The translations under genes and the position numbers were made by a program. DNA of 64,000 bases from positions 60,361 through 124,360 of the forward strand of contig CAVQQK010000018.1 in NCBI GenBank assembly GCA_963714925.1, written 5' to 3'. Source of the DNA: an uncultured beta proteobacterium. GTDB lineage: Bacteria > Pseudomonadota > Gammaproteobacteria > Burkholderiales > SG8-39. Below the pieces are notes generated by a model. It did not search any database and was not told the DNA's origin. It saw only the letters and a program-made list of their open reading frames with translations. Shown here in pieces: positions 28,387 through 37,738 of this stretch. Each line of letters starts with the position of its first letter. The first letter of the stretch is position 1.

Positions 28387-29526
28387 CTACTTTTCCGCCT
28401 CGGTCGCGTAGAAGGAGGACAGGCTCTCGATGATCGAGTCGCTGTACGGCAGGCTCATCCTGTGCATCATGGAGCTTTCGCGCCGGTCGTCCCGATACGC
28501 CCGCAGCGCCATGATGAGGTAGTCCTTGTCCTGACCGCGGATTCTCGGCACCGCGAGCGCGGGGTTTTTGTCCGCTTCCGGGCTGTGGCAGCGGTTGCAC
28601 TTGGCGGTCAGGTCCCCGACGATGGTCTGTCCCTTTTCCGCCGGCCGCGACTTCTGCACCGAATAGAACGCGGCGATGTTTTCGATATCCTTTTCGCTGA
28701 GTCCGGTCACGTAAGTGCGCATATCCTCGCGCTTACGGGTGGTTCGATAGGCCTTGATCGCTTCGACGAGGTAGGTCGGATCTTGTGACGCGAGACTCGG
28801 GGTCGCGCTGTCGGTGCTTACCCCGTTCGCGCCATGACAGCCACCGCACACGGCGCTCAGCGGCTCCCCGGCGGCGGGATTGCCGAATGATGGCGTCGGT
28901 CGCTCGGCGGGCGTCTGCGACGCGAAATACAACGCCAGACTCTCCGTTTCCAGCTTGCCCAGGCTCCGCAGCATCGGATGCATCGGGGACTGCTTGCGCT
29001 CGGCGTGGAGGTACTCCTGGATCGCAGCCACGAGATAGCGCGGTTGCTGGCCGGCCAGATTCGGGGTGCCGGAAATCTTGCTGTTGCCGTCTGCGCTGTG
29101 ACAGGTCGCGCACGCGGCCGCCAGCTTCTTGCCGGCGTCGTAGGGCGAGAAGCGCTGCCCCGCCGTGTCCGAGGCGGCAGGGACGCGCGGCAGGCTGGCG
29201 TAGTACGCGGTCACGTTGCGCGTATCTGCATCGGTCATGCGTCCCGCCAGCGCCTTCAACGCGGCGTGAAAGCGCTGGCCCTGCTTGTAGGCGGCGATCG
29301 ACGCAATGAGATAGCGCTCGCGCTGCGCCGCCAGGTGTGGAATGCCGGGCGCGGTACCCCTGCCGTCCACCCCATGACAGCCCTTGCATTCGCGCTCGGC
29401 GAACGCCTTGCCCGCGGCGAGGTCGGCCGCCGGCGCGGCGCCCGAGGTCCCCGGGCTCGATTGGTCCTGGTCGGGGCAGCCCAGCAGGGCCGCAGACAAT
29501 GCGACGCACAGCAAAACACGCTTCAT
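28387..29526 (-). CDS. Tetraheme cytochrome c lipoprotein (four class-I/c4-half domains)
   Basis: Lipobox LLGC, then CKGCH, CATCH, CGGCH, CNRCH, each followed by YL...AYxxG...M and AxYxA motifs. GGAGA RBS before ATG 29526. Intact paralog of 17379-18613. Confidence 0.8.
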   Translation of the reverse strand: MKRVLLCVALSAALLGCPDQDQSSPGTSGAAPAADLAAGKAFAERECKGCHGVDGRGTAPGIPHLAAQRERYLIASIAAYKQGQRFHAALKALAGRMTDADTRNVTAYYASLPRVPAASDTAGQRFSPYDAGKKLAAACATCHSADGNSKISGTPNLAGQQPRYLVAAIQEYLHAERKQSPMHPMLRSLGKLETESLALYFASQTPAERPTPSFGNPAAGEPLSAVCGGCHGANGVSTDSATPSLASQDPTYLVEAIKAYRTTRKREDMRTYVTGLSEKDIENIAAFYSVQKSRPAEKGQTIVGDLTAKCNRCHSPEADKNPALAVPRIRGQDKDYLIMALRAYRDDRRESSMMHRMSLPYSDSIIESLSSFYATEAEK

Positions 29527-29712
29527 TGGAATCTCCAAGAATGTGGTGCCGGCCGGTTCATTCCCGCTTTCGGTCGACTGCGACGTTCGCATGGCCGGCA
29601 TTTTATTCCCACGAGCAAGGGAAGCATAGTTCGGTCTCGCGCACCGGATGGCCCGTCACGCATCGCCTCGCCCAATGCGCCGTTCGGTTATCCGCATCGG
29701 CCGCGCGATCGT

Positions 29713-31674
29713 TCATGCGACTCCGTTTTCGACGAACCCGATGATCACCAAGACGAGCAGGACGAGACCGATGCTGATCAAGGTGAATCCCAGGATCTTC
29801 GATCCCCGGGTCATCGGCCCCGAGGGGGCGTCGACCAGGTGTTTTTGCAGCTCGCCGGTCTCGACCAGGCGGTTGTATTCCAGCGTGTGCTCGCGCTTGA
29901 ATTCCTCCAGCGACACCGCGCCCGTGAACATCACGATATCGAGCGGGAATTTGTCCGGACGAAAGTGGTTGTTGAAGAAATGCACCGTGAACAGAAACAC
30001 CGCCGCAAGGATCGCTTCCTCGCCGTGGACGAGCGTCGCGACATTGAAAACCACGCCGGGCAGGACCGAAGCGACCAGGTTCGGAAACCACAGCATGAGG
30101 CCGCTGCCACCGATGATCGCCACGCCCCAGAACACTGCCCAGTAGTCGAACTTTTCCCAGTAGGTCCAGCGATCGAACATGGGACGCGGCCCCATGCCGA
30201 AGAACCACCGGAACATGGCGATCATGTCCGTGAGATCCTCCCAGCGCGGTACCAGCGAGTTGGGCCCGAACCATCGGAATGTCTTCCAATTGCGGCCGAT
30301 GGACAGGACGAAATAGATTAGCTGCGCCACGAATATTGTCAGGAAAATCGACGCGCCGACGCGATGGATCACGGCGGCCACCTTCGGGCTGCCGAGCTTC
30401 TGCATGACGACCGGCGCCCAAGGACTGTTGGCGTAGAGCGCCGACATGCCGGTGAGCACCAGCGTCATCACGGTCAGCGCCAGCACGAGATGCATCAGAC
30501 GCCAGACCGGCCCGAAGCGCTGGTAATGCTTGCCTTGCAACGCCTGCATCTCGTCGGTTTTGACGTAGGGCCGGGTTTTGCGCGCCTGGCGATCCTTGTA
30601 TTCCCGGTAAAACCACAACCCCATGTGTGCCCAGAAGAAGGCAAACACTCCGACCAGCAGTGCGATCATGAATCGCGCCGCGATCCACAGGTACGGATAG
30701 CGCTCGAAATCGTTGGCGTGGCCGTGTGGCTCGAACGTGGCGAAGCCCGCCGTCGCACCGCGGTGGCATTTCTGGCAGGTCTGTACCCGATTTGACGGAT
30801 GCATGCTCGATGTCGGGCTCTTGACGCGCTGGATCGTGTGGCTGCCGTGGCAATCGAAGCACTTGGCCGTATAGGCGTAGCCCAGGGTGCCGACCTGGCC
30901 ATGATAGGTGCCGAGGTAGGTTTTCAGGTTGTCCTCATGGCAGTTGCCGCAGTTGCGCGTGATGACGAGCCTGGTCGAGGCCAATTCCGGGGATTCGACG
31001 TCGTGGGTCGTGTGGCAATCCGAACAGATGGCTGCCCAGGGTTTTTGGTTCTCCAGGACCGCCTTGCCGTGCACTGATGTCGCGTAGGCCTTGCGCTCCT
31101 CGACGTGGCAGGCGCCGCAGGCGTTCGGAATATTGAGGCGCCATTCCGTACGCTCGTAACTGTCCTTCGGATAGACGTAATGGGCGTCGTGGCAGTCGTA
31201 GCAGGTGGCGTTGGTGCGCGACTGATCCTTGCGGTTCGGGCGCGCATGGATGGACTTCATGTACTTGTCGATCTGCTTGACGACGACCCCCAGTCTCGCG
31301 AACTCCTGCGTCTTGTTTTCCTTTTGCGCCGCCGCCCACAGATCCTCGTGACATTGCACGCAGCTCACATTGCGCTGCACGCCTTTCTGGTGCGGAATTT
31401 CGGTGATGTCCTTGTGGCACTCCACGCACTGGCGCTTGCCGTGCACGCTTTTGGAGAACTTGTCGGGCCTCACGTGCAGCGGGCGCATTTTCCCGTCCGC
31501 ACCCGGCATCGCGAACCCTTCGTTGCCGTGACAGCCCAGGCATATCGCGCTTTCGATCTTGGGTGCGGCGGCTTCGGCTGCCTTGGCGGCGGTGTCGTCG
31601 GCTGCGAGCGCCGCTGCGCCGGCCAGACAGACGACGCTGGCCACGATCCATTGCCCGATTACTTTAGTGCGCAT
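29713..31674 (-). CDS. Nonaheme cytochrome c domain fused to a multi-helix cytochrome-b-type membrane domain (CbcL-like quinone-pool oxidoreductase)
   Basis: 654 aa from ATG 31674. Signal peptide and nine CXXCH (CLGCH, CVECH, CVQCH, CYDCH, CGACH, CSDCH, CGNCH, CFDCH, CQKCH), then ~6 TM helices with conserved His (WAHMG, RLMHLV, VIHRVG, TLVHGEE...FTVHFF). Confidence 0.8.
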   Translation of the reverse strand: MRTKVIGQWIVASVVCLAGAAALAADDTAAKAAEAAAPKIESAICLGCHGNEGFAMPGADGKMRPLHVRPDKFSKSVHGKRQCVECHKDITEIPHQKGVQRNVSCVQCHEDLWAAAQKENKTQEFARLGVVVKQIDKYMKSIHARPNRKDQSRTNATCYDCHDAHYVYPKDSYERTEWRLNIPNACGACHVEERKAYATSVHGKAVLENQKPWAAICSDCHTTHDVESPELASTRLVITRNCGNCHEDNLKTYLGTYHGQVGTLGYAYTAKCFDCHGSHTIQRVKSPTSSMHPSNRVQTCQKCHRGATAGFATFEPHGHANDFERYPYLWIAARFMIALLVGVFAFFWAHMGLWFYREYKDRQARKTRPYVKTDEMQALQGKHYQRFGPVWRLMHLVLALTVMTLVLTGMSALYANSPWAPVVMQKLGSPKVAAVIHRVGASIFLTIFVAQLIYFVLSIGRNWKTFRWFGPNSLVPRWEDLTDMIAMFRWFFGMGPRPMFDRWTYWEKFDYWAVFWGVAIIGGSGLMLWFPNLVASVLPGVVFNVATLVHGEEAILAAVFLFTVHFFNNHFRPDKFPLDIVMFTGAVSLEEFKREHTLEYNRLVETGELQKHLVDAPSGPMTRGSKILGFTLISIGLVLLVLVIIGFVENGVA

Positions 31675-32014
31675 TGCGTTCGATTCCGTCGTTGAATTCT
31701 GGGTCGCCGCGCGCGGTGCTGCGGGAATCCGTGCAACGAGCGCTGACGGTCCGGTGCCTCGGAATGAGCGCAGGACCGCGGCACGAAAATCCCGTCCGAC
31801 GCATGAAGCACGCGCCCGGCACGGGCCCGATGCCTCGAGACGGCCTTGACCCATCGCAGAGGCGCGAACGTCGCGGGACATCGGCGCGAAAGCGCTTCAC
31901 GTGCATGCGCGTTCCCGATGTAAGCCGATTGAATTTGGCGCAAAGGAGTGGATTCGGTCCACCGGTTCGGAAAATTTCCGTCCCGCCAAGTTAGCGACAG
32001 CGGCAGGATCGGAT

Positions 32015-32028
32015 TTGATGCAGATCAG
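32015..32028. promoter_or_regulatory. FNR-type box (9/10), TTGAT-GCAG-ATCAG
   Basis: Lies in the 418-bp non-coding gap upstream of the CbcL-like gene, ~340 bp from its start. Confidence 0.35.
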
Positions 32029-32092
32029 CAGCCAGCGATATTTGCCCGGTACAGGCGTCCGCGTGTATCACCAGGCATGGCGCGAGCGAAAT

Positions 32093-32845
32093 TTACGAGG
32101 CCGCGCTGATCCCGTCACGCCCGACGCGGCGCTCGAGCAGCCGGCTGAAGTTGTCGAGCGACAGCAGATGCAGGTAGGCGCGCGCAAGAATGCCCTTGCG
32201 CATCAGATTCTTGAGCTGGTTCGCGTTCAGATGCTCGAGCTTGGCCTCGGCGACGCGGTGCATGCCGGTGAGCTGCATGGCACCGCCGCCCGCCTTGACG
32301 GTCGCCTGCATCGAAAATGGCTCGAGCAGCGCGTAGTCGTTCAGGATCGCGCACATCTCGCGCGTGCGCTCGAGGTCAGCCTCGTATTCGGTCAGCAAAC
32401 GCTGGATCTCTTCCCACCGCGGCAGCGCCTTGCCCTCCGCGTCGAACAGCGCCTCGCCCGCGTCGTCGACGAACGCGCGCTCGACGCAGATCAAACGGTC
32501 CTGCTGGACCGCGTCGTTCAGGCGCACCTGCGCCATGCAGAACGGATAGCGCCGCGTGTAGGCGGGCACATAGGTCTTCGCCGCCCAGCGCGCGTCTTCG
32601 AGGTAGAGGTTCTCCCCCGCGGTCAGGCCGAGTACCGCGACCGGGGTGAAGGTCTTGCCTTCGTCGCCCGAGGTGAACACGATCGGATATTCGCGCATCG
32701 CCGGCGCGAATTCGGCGAGGCTTACCGGAATCGCATTCAGCGTGCGCGCGAACACGGGCACTTCACCCGGCTGCGGCAGCCGGACCTTGGCGTTGCGCTG
32801 AAGCGCGACGACCTCCTGATAACCAAACGGGGGTGCGATGTCCAT
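32093..32845 (-). CDS. SapC family protein
   Basis: 250 aa; EYPIVFTSGDEG...PVAVLGL...YVPAYTRRYPF matches the SapC family pattern. Confidence 0.8.
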   Translation of the reverse strand: MDIAPPFGYQEVVALQRNAKVRLPQPGEVPVFARTLNAIPVSLAEFAPAMREYPIVFTSGDEGKTFTPVAVLGLTAGENLYLEDARWAAKTYVPAYTRRYPFCMAQVRLNDAVQQDRLICVERAFVDDAGEALFDAEGKALPRWEEIQRLLTEYEADLERTREMCAILNDYALLEPFSMQATVKAGGGAMQLTGMHRVAEAKLEHLNANQLKNLMRKGILARAYLHLLSLDNFSRLLERRVGRDGISAAS

Positions 32846-32897
32846 CGGTTCATTGTCCCTGATGCAGCTTGTGCTGTAAAATCCGCGCCCTACTGAC

Positions 32898-32973
32898 GGG
32901 GTGGTAGCTCAGCTGGGAGAGCGCTGCGTTCGCAATGCAGAGGTCGGGAGTTCGATCCTCCTCCACTCCACCA
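32898..32973 (+). tRNA. tRNA-Ala (CGC)
   Basis: 76 nt: acceptor GGGGTGG/CCACTCC with the G3:U70 Ala identity pair, anticodon loop TTCGCAA, encoded CCA. Confidence 0.9.
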
Positions 32974-33040
32974 CAACCCTGATCGAACGGGTCCCTTTAC
33001 GGGGCCCGTTTTCGCTTGGCCGCGTGATTTCCGTGCAGGG

Positions 33041-33412
33041 CTAGCGGCCGTCGTCCCGATGCCGTTCGAGCATCTCGAGCGGCACCACCGCGACGGTCTC
33101 CTCGTGCGTGGCTTCGAGCACCACCGGTGGCGCGACGCCGGCGTCGAGCGCTTCCTTCCAGCGCCCCGCGCACAGACACCAGCGGTTGCCCGGCTCAAGG
33201 CCGGGAAAGCCGAACTGCGGCGCCGGGGTGGACAGGTCGTTGCCCTGCGCCTTCGAGAATTCGAGGAATTCCTCGGTCAGGCGCACGCAGACGACGTGCA
33301 TGCCGACGTCGTCGTAGTCGGTGTTGCAGCAACCGTCGCGGAAGAATCCCGTGCGTGGTTCCATGCTGCAGGGCTCGAGCGTTCCGCCGAGCACGTTCTT
33401 CGATTCGTACAT
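33041..33412 (-). CDS. DUF2237 family protein
   Basis: MYESKNVLGGTLEPCS...TGFFRDGCCNT...GNDLSTP...GNRWCLCAGRW is the characteristic DUF2237 pattern. Confidence 0.8.
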   Translation of the reverse strand: MYESKNVLGGTLEPCSMEPRTGFFRDGCCNTDYDDVGMHVVCVRLTEEFLEFSKAQGNDLSTPAPQFGFPGLEPGNRWCLCAGRWKEALDAGVAPPVVLEATHEETVAVVPLEMLERHRDDGR

Positions 33413-33416
33413 GACC

Positions 33417-33764
33417 TTACTCCGCGCCTCCGCGCCGCTTTTCCAGGCGGCGCGCAAACACCGTCATTTCCTTTTCCGCCTGGCGGTCGCCTTTTTCGTG
33501 CGCAGCGGCAATGCCCAGGCGCCAGGTCTCGAGCGCCTCGGCGTCGCGCCCGGCCTCGGCGAGCGCCGTGCCGAGCGTCTTCCAGGCCGCCGAGTAGCGT
33601 GGATCGCGCGCGAGCGCCGCGCGCAGCTGCTGGAGCGCGCGTTCGAGTTCCCCCGCCTTCAGGTACGCGGTGCCGAGCGAATAGCGCAGCAGCGCGCCGT
33701 CGCGTGGCGAGTCGAGGAGTTTCTCGAGGTTGCGGATCTGCTCCGAGGGCATTTCGGCTACCAT
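33417..33764 (-). CDS. Small TPR-repeat protein
   Basis: Two or three TPR-like helical pairs (LGTAYLKAGELERALQQLRAALARDPRYSAAWKTLGTALAEAG). Start is uncertain (33764, 33752 or up to 33845). Confidence 0.55.
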   Translation of the reverse strand: MVAEMPSEQIRNLEKLLDSPRDGALLRYSLGTAYLKAGELERALQQLRAALARDPRYSAAWKTLGTALAEAGRDAEALETWRLGIAAAHEKGDRQAEKEMTVFARRLEKRRGGAE

Positions 33765-33843
33765 TTCTGCGTCTGCCGCGCGGGTTCGCGTTCGTACGAT
33801 CGCGGCGGATACACCGCACAGCGATTCTAACCTCGGGGCGCGC

Positions 33844-34221
33844 ATGAAGACCGTGATTCAGACCAAGGACGCACCCGCCGCGATTGGTCCGTACTCGCAG
33901 GCGGTTCGAATGGGCGATACGGTTTACCTGTCCGGGCAGATTGGCCTCGACCCGGAGACGATGCAGCTGGTCGAGGGGCTCGAGGCGCAGGCGCACCGGG
34001 TGTTCCGCAACCTCGCTGCGGTCGCGAAGGCTGCCGGGCTCGGCTTCGAGCACGCCGCGCGGATGACGGTATACCTCATCGACCTCGATCATTTTCCGCT
34101 CGTGAACGAGATCCAGGCGCAGTACATGCGCGAACCGTATCCCGCGCGCGCGACAGTGGGCGTCTCCGAGCTGCCGCGCGGGGCGCTGGTCGAGATCGAT
34201 CTCGTTCTGCACGTCGGGTGA
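33844..34221 (+). CDS. ridA: RidA family reactive-intermediate deaminase
   Basis: MKTVIQTKDAPAAIGPYSQAV...YLSGQIGLDP...PARATVGVSELPRGALVEID is the canonical YjgF/RidA pattern. Confidence 0.88.
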   Translation: MKTVIQTKDAPAAIGPYSQAVRMGDTVYLSGQIGLDPETMQLVEGLEAQAHRVFRNLAAVAKAAGLGFEHAARMTVYLIDLDHFPLVNEIQAQYMREPYPARATVGVSELPRGALVEIDLVLHVG

Positions 34222-36248
34222 TCTCCGGCGCGCTCGCGAAACGGCTCGAAAAGCTCGGGCTGCGCGCGCGCGAAGACTTCATCCTTCACCTGCCGCTGCG
34301 CTACGAGGACGAGACCGCGCTCGCGCCGCCGGGCGAGGCGCCGCCTGCCACCCCGGTGCTGGTGGAGGCGCGCGTCGTGCGCGCGGAGGTCGCCTACCGG
34401 CCGCGGCGTCAGCTCGTGGTGCATGCCCTCTGGGGCGAGGTGCCGCTCGCGCTGCGCTTTTTCAACTTCTACCCGAGCCAGCTCAGCCAGCTGCAGCGGG
34501 CGGCCGATGACGGCCTGCTCGTGCGCGCCTTCGGCGAGGTGCGCAGCGGTTGGTTCGGCGCCGAAATGGGGCATCCGCGCTACCGCATCGTGCGCGAAGG
34601 CGAGCCGCTCCCCGAATCGCTCACGCCGGTGTATCCGACCACGGCGGGCGTGTCGCAGGCGCAGATCCGCGCGCGCGTGTTGGACGCGCTCGCGGCCGGA
34701 CCGCTCGAGGAGACGCTCGCCGCGCCGATGCGCAAACGCTACGGCCTGCCGGCGTTTGATGTGGCCGTGCGTGCGCTGCATCTGCCAACGCCGGACGCCG
34801 ATCGTGCGGCGCTCACCGAGCGCGTGCATCCGGCCTGGCAGCGGATCAAATTCGACGAACTGCTTGCACAGCAATTGTCGATGCGGCTCGCCTACCGCGC
34901 GCGCCGCGGCCGAGCGGCGCCCGCGTTTCCAGTCGACGGCCCGCTGCTCTCCGCGCTGCGGGCGCAGCTGCCGTTTGCGCTGACGGGTGCGCAGACCCGG
35001 GTGCTCGGCGAGGTTCTCGCCGATCTCGCGCAGCCGCACCCGATGCAGCGCCTGCTGCAAGGCGACGTGGGCAGTGGCAAGACGATCGTTGCAGCGCTCG
35101 CCTGCCTCGCGGCGGCCGACGCCGGCTGGCAGTCGGTGGTGATGGCGCCCACTGAAATTCTCGCTGAGCAGAATCTGCGCAAATTCACCGACTGGCTCGC
35201 GCCGCTCGGCGTGCGGATCGCCTGGCTGCAGGGCGGCCAGCCCGCGCGCGCGCGCCGCGCGATGCTCGAGGCCCTCGCGGCGGGAGATGCGCAGATCGCC
35301 ATTGGCACGCACGCCCTGTTCCAGAAGGGCGTCAAGCTTGCGCGCCTCGGGCTCGCGGTAGTGGACGAACAGCATCGCTTCGGTGTCGAACAGCGCCTGA
35401 TGCTGCGCCGCAAAGCCGCTGCGGGTGTGCCGCACCAGCTCATGATGAGCGCGACGCCGATTCCACGCACGTTGTCGATGAGCTATTACGCCGACCTCGA
35501 CGTGTCGGTGATCGACGAAATGCCGCCGGGGCGCCGGCCGGTCAGAACGCGCCTCGTCGCAGCGGGACGGCGCGACGAAGTGCTGGCGCGCGTGCGCGAT
35601 GCCTGCTCCGAGGGTCAGCAGGCCTACTGGGTCTGCCCGGTGATCGAGGAGTCGAACGAGGGCGCGCTGCAGACCGCGCTCGAAACCTTCGAAACCCTCG
35701 CGCGCGAACTCGCCGGCCTGAACGTCGGGCTGCTGCACGGGCGGCTGCCGACGGCGGAAAAGGCAGCGACGATGGCGGCCTTCGCCGCAGGCCGAACGCA
35801 GTTGCTCGTTGCGACGACGGTAATCGAAGTCGGGGTCGACGTGCCGAACGCGTCGCTCATGGTGATCGAGCACGCGGAGCGCTTCGGTCTTGCCCAGCTG
35901 CACCAGTTGCGTGGGCGCGTGGGGCGCGGTAGCCGCGACAGCGTGTGCATCCTGCTCTATGCCGCGCATCTGTCGGACGCCGCCCGCGCGCGGCTGAAGG
36001 TCGTGTTCGAAAATTCGGACGGCTTTGAAATCGCACGCCAGGACCTCCTGCTGCGCGGCCCGGGCGAGGTGCTCGGCGAACGCCAGAGCGGCGCCCCGCT
36101 GCTGCGCTTTGCCGACCTCGAGCGCGACGCACCGCTCATCGCCGCCGCGCGCGATGCGGCCGAGGAGATGCTTGCGCAGGCGCCGGAGCGGGCCCGGCGT
36201 CACCTCGCGCGTTGGCTCCCGGGGCGCCAGGAATACGCGCGCGTCTGA
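34218..36248 (+). CDS. recG: ATP-dependent DNA helicase RecG
   Basis: 676 aa with a wedge domain plus helicase motifs ([36 protein letters not shown]). Confidence 0.95.
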   Translation: MISGALAKRLEKLGLRAREDFILHLPLRYEDETALAPPGEAPPATPVLVEARVVRAEVAYRPRRQLVVHALWGEVPLALRFFNFYPSQLSQLQRAADDGLLVRAFGEVRSGWFGAEMGHPRYRIVREGEPLPESLTPVYPTTAGVSQAQIRARVLDALAAGPLEETLAAPMRKRYGLPAFDVAVRALHLPTPDADRAALTERVHPAWQRIKFDELLAQQLSMRLAYRARRGRAAPAFPVDGPLLSALRAQLPFALTGAQTRVLGEVLADLAQPHPMQRLLQGDVGSGKTIVAALACLAAADAGWQSVVMAPTEILAEQNLRKFTDWLAPLGVRIAWLQGGQPARARRAMLEALAAGDAQIAIGTHALFQKGVKLARLGLAVVDEQHRFGVEQRLMLRRKAAAGVPHQLMMSATPIPRTLSMSYYADLDVSVIDEMPPGRRPVRTRLVAAGRRDEVLARVRDACSEGQQAYWVCPVIEESNEGALQTALETFETLARELAGLNVGLLHGRLPTAEKAATMAAFAAGRTQLLVATTVIEVGVDVPNASLMVIEHAERFGLAQLHQLRGRVGRGSRDSVCILLYAAHLSDAARARLKVVFENSDGFEIARQDLLLRGPGEVLGERQSGAPLLRFADLERDAPLIAAARDAAEEMLAQAPERARRHLARWLPGRQEYARV

Positions 36249-36264
36249 CATACTGTCGGCCGCC

Positions 36265-37149
36265 ATGGACGTCCCCTTCATTGCGCGGCGGCTCGATGCC
36301 TACGAGCGATTGGTGCGGCTCGACAAGCCGATCGGCGCGCTCCTCCTCCTGTGGCCAACGCTGTGGGCGCTCTGGCTCGCGTCCGAGGGACAACCGCCGG
36401 TTCAGATTCTGATCATCTTCGTCCTCGGTACGTGGCTGACACGTTCCGCGGGCTGCGCAATCAACGACTTCGCGGACCGCAACTACGATCCCCACGTCGA
36501 GCGCACGCGCAGCCGCCCGCTTGCCGCGGGCGAGATCCGTCCCGTCGAGGCGCTCGCAGTGGCGGCGGCGCTGGGACTCGCGGCCTTCGGCCTCGTCCTG
36601 TTTCTAAACCGGTTCGCAATTGCGCTGTCGTTCGTCGCACTTGGAATCGCGGTGGTCTATCCGTTCATGAAGCGCGTGTTCGCGCTGCCGCAGCTGTTCC
36701 TCGGCATCGCCTTCGGATTCGGCATTCCGATGGCCTATGCTGCGATCCAGGACCGGCTGCCGGCCGAATGCTGGGCGCTGCTGGCGGCGAACGTCTGCTA
36801 CGCCTTCGCCTACGATACCGAGTACGCGATGGTCGATCGCGCCGACGACGCGAAACTCGGCATGCGTACGTCGGCGATCACGCTGGGTGCCTACGACGTG
36901 GCCGCAGTGATGCTGAGCTATGCGCTGATGCTCGCGATCCTGGCGGGCGTGGGCAAGGCATTCGCGATGCCGGGACCCTACTATGTGGGCCTCGCCGCGG
37001 CCTGGAGCATGATGATCTATCATTACTTCCTGATTCGTGGTCGCACGCGCGAAGGGTGCTTCAAGGCCTTTCGTCACAACAACTGGGTCGGTCTCGCGAT
37101 CTTCCTCGGAATCGCGCTGTCCTTCCCGCTCAGGCTTCCATGGCAATGA
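36265..37149 (+). CDS. ubiA: 4-hydroxybenzoate octaprenyltransferase
   Basis: [21 protein letters not shown]...[13 protein letters not shown]...[10 protein letters not shown] is the UbiA signature. Confidence 0.9.
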   Translation: MDVPFIARRLDAYERLVRLDKPIGALLLLWPTLWALWLASEGQPPVQILIIFVLGTWLTRSAGCAINDFADRNYDPHVERTRSRPLAAGEIRPVEALAVAAALGLAAFGLVLFLNRFAIALSFVALGIAVVYPFMKRVFALPQLFLGIAFGFGIPMAYAAIQDRLPAECWALLAANVCYAFAYDTEYAMVDRADDAKLGMRTSAITLGAYDVAAVMLSYALMLAILAGVGKAFAMPGPYYVGLAAAWSMMIYHYFLIRGRTREGCFKAFRHNNWVGLAIFLGIALSFPLRLPWQ

Positions 37150-37691
37150 ATACAGATAGTTTTGCGCTTGCCCAGTACGATTTTCGCAGCGGGCTGCTGC
37201 GTGGAAGCTCGCTCTCGCTCGAGGAGTCGACGCTGATGCATCGCGGCCGCTCGCGCCTCGAAACGGTGCCGCTGAAGGCGATCGCAGCGGTGCGCATTGC
37301 CTTCGAGCGCGACATGAACAAGATCGGCTGGGCAATTTTCCTGCTCGTCGTGGCCTATCTCGTCTCCTTGGCCGCCGCGCCGCTTGCGGCGCTGGCCGAG
37401 ACACTGGCGACGCGCGTGCGCGGCGACGGCGCAGGTAGTGTGCAGGCCATCGCGGACGTCATGATTGCGACATTCAACGGTCTCGGCGTGGCGGCGCGCC
37501 TGCTGCCGAAGCTTTCGAACCTGCTGGGCGCGGTCGGGATCGTATTCCTCGTGATCGGTCTTTGGGGCCGGACCACATTGACGTTGACGATTGCGGCGGT
37601 GGAGCGGGAATTCGCCGTACGTGGACGCAATCGACGCCTGTTCGACTTCGCGGAGACGCTCTGCGAGCGACTCGCGGGGCCGGGGATTTAG
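37140..37691 (+). CDS. Hypothetical membrane protein between ubiA and ubiD
   Basis: 183-aa ORF in the 36351 frame with 2-3 hydrophobic helices between two soluble segments. Overlaps the ubiA end by 10 nt. No family recognised. Confidence 0.5.
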   Translation: MAMNTDSFALAQYDFRSGLLRGSSLSLEESTLMHRGRSRLETVPLKAIAAVRIAFERDMNKIGWAIFLLVVAYLVSLAAAPLAALAETLATRVRGDGAGSVQAIADVMIATFNGLGVAARLLPKLSNLLGAVGIVFLVIGLWGRTTLTLTIAAVEREFAVRGRNRRLFDFAETLCERLAGPGI

Positions 37692-37738
37692 CGCGCCGTG
37701 CCGCGGGCGCGGCACGCGTGGCGGGGGCAGCTGATCGA

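Noticed and set aside
31901-32896. 331-aa plus-strand ORF overlapping sapC.
   Set aside because: It is antisense to a well-matching SapC-family gene and has no recognisable motifs.
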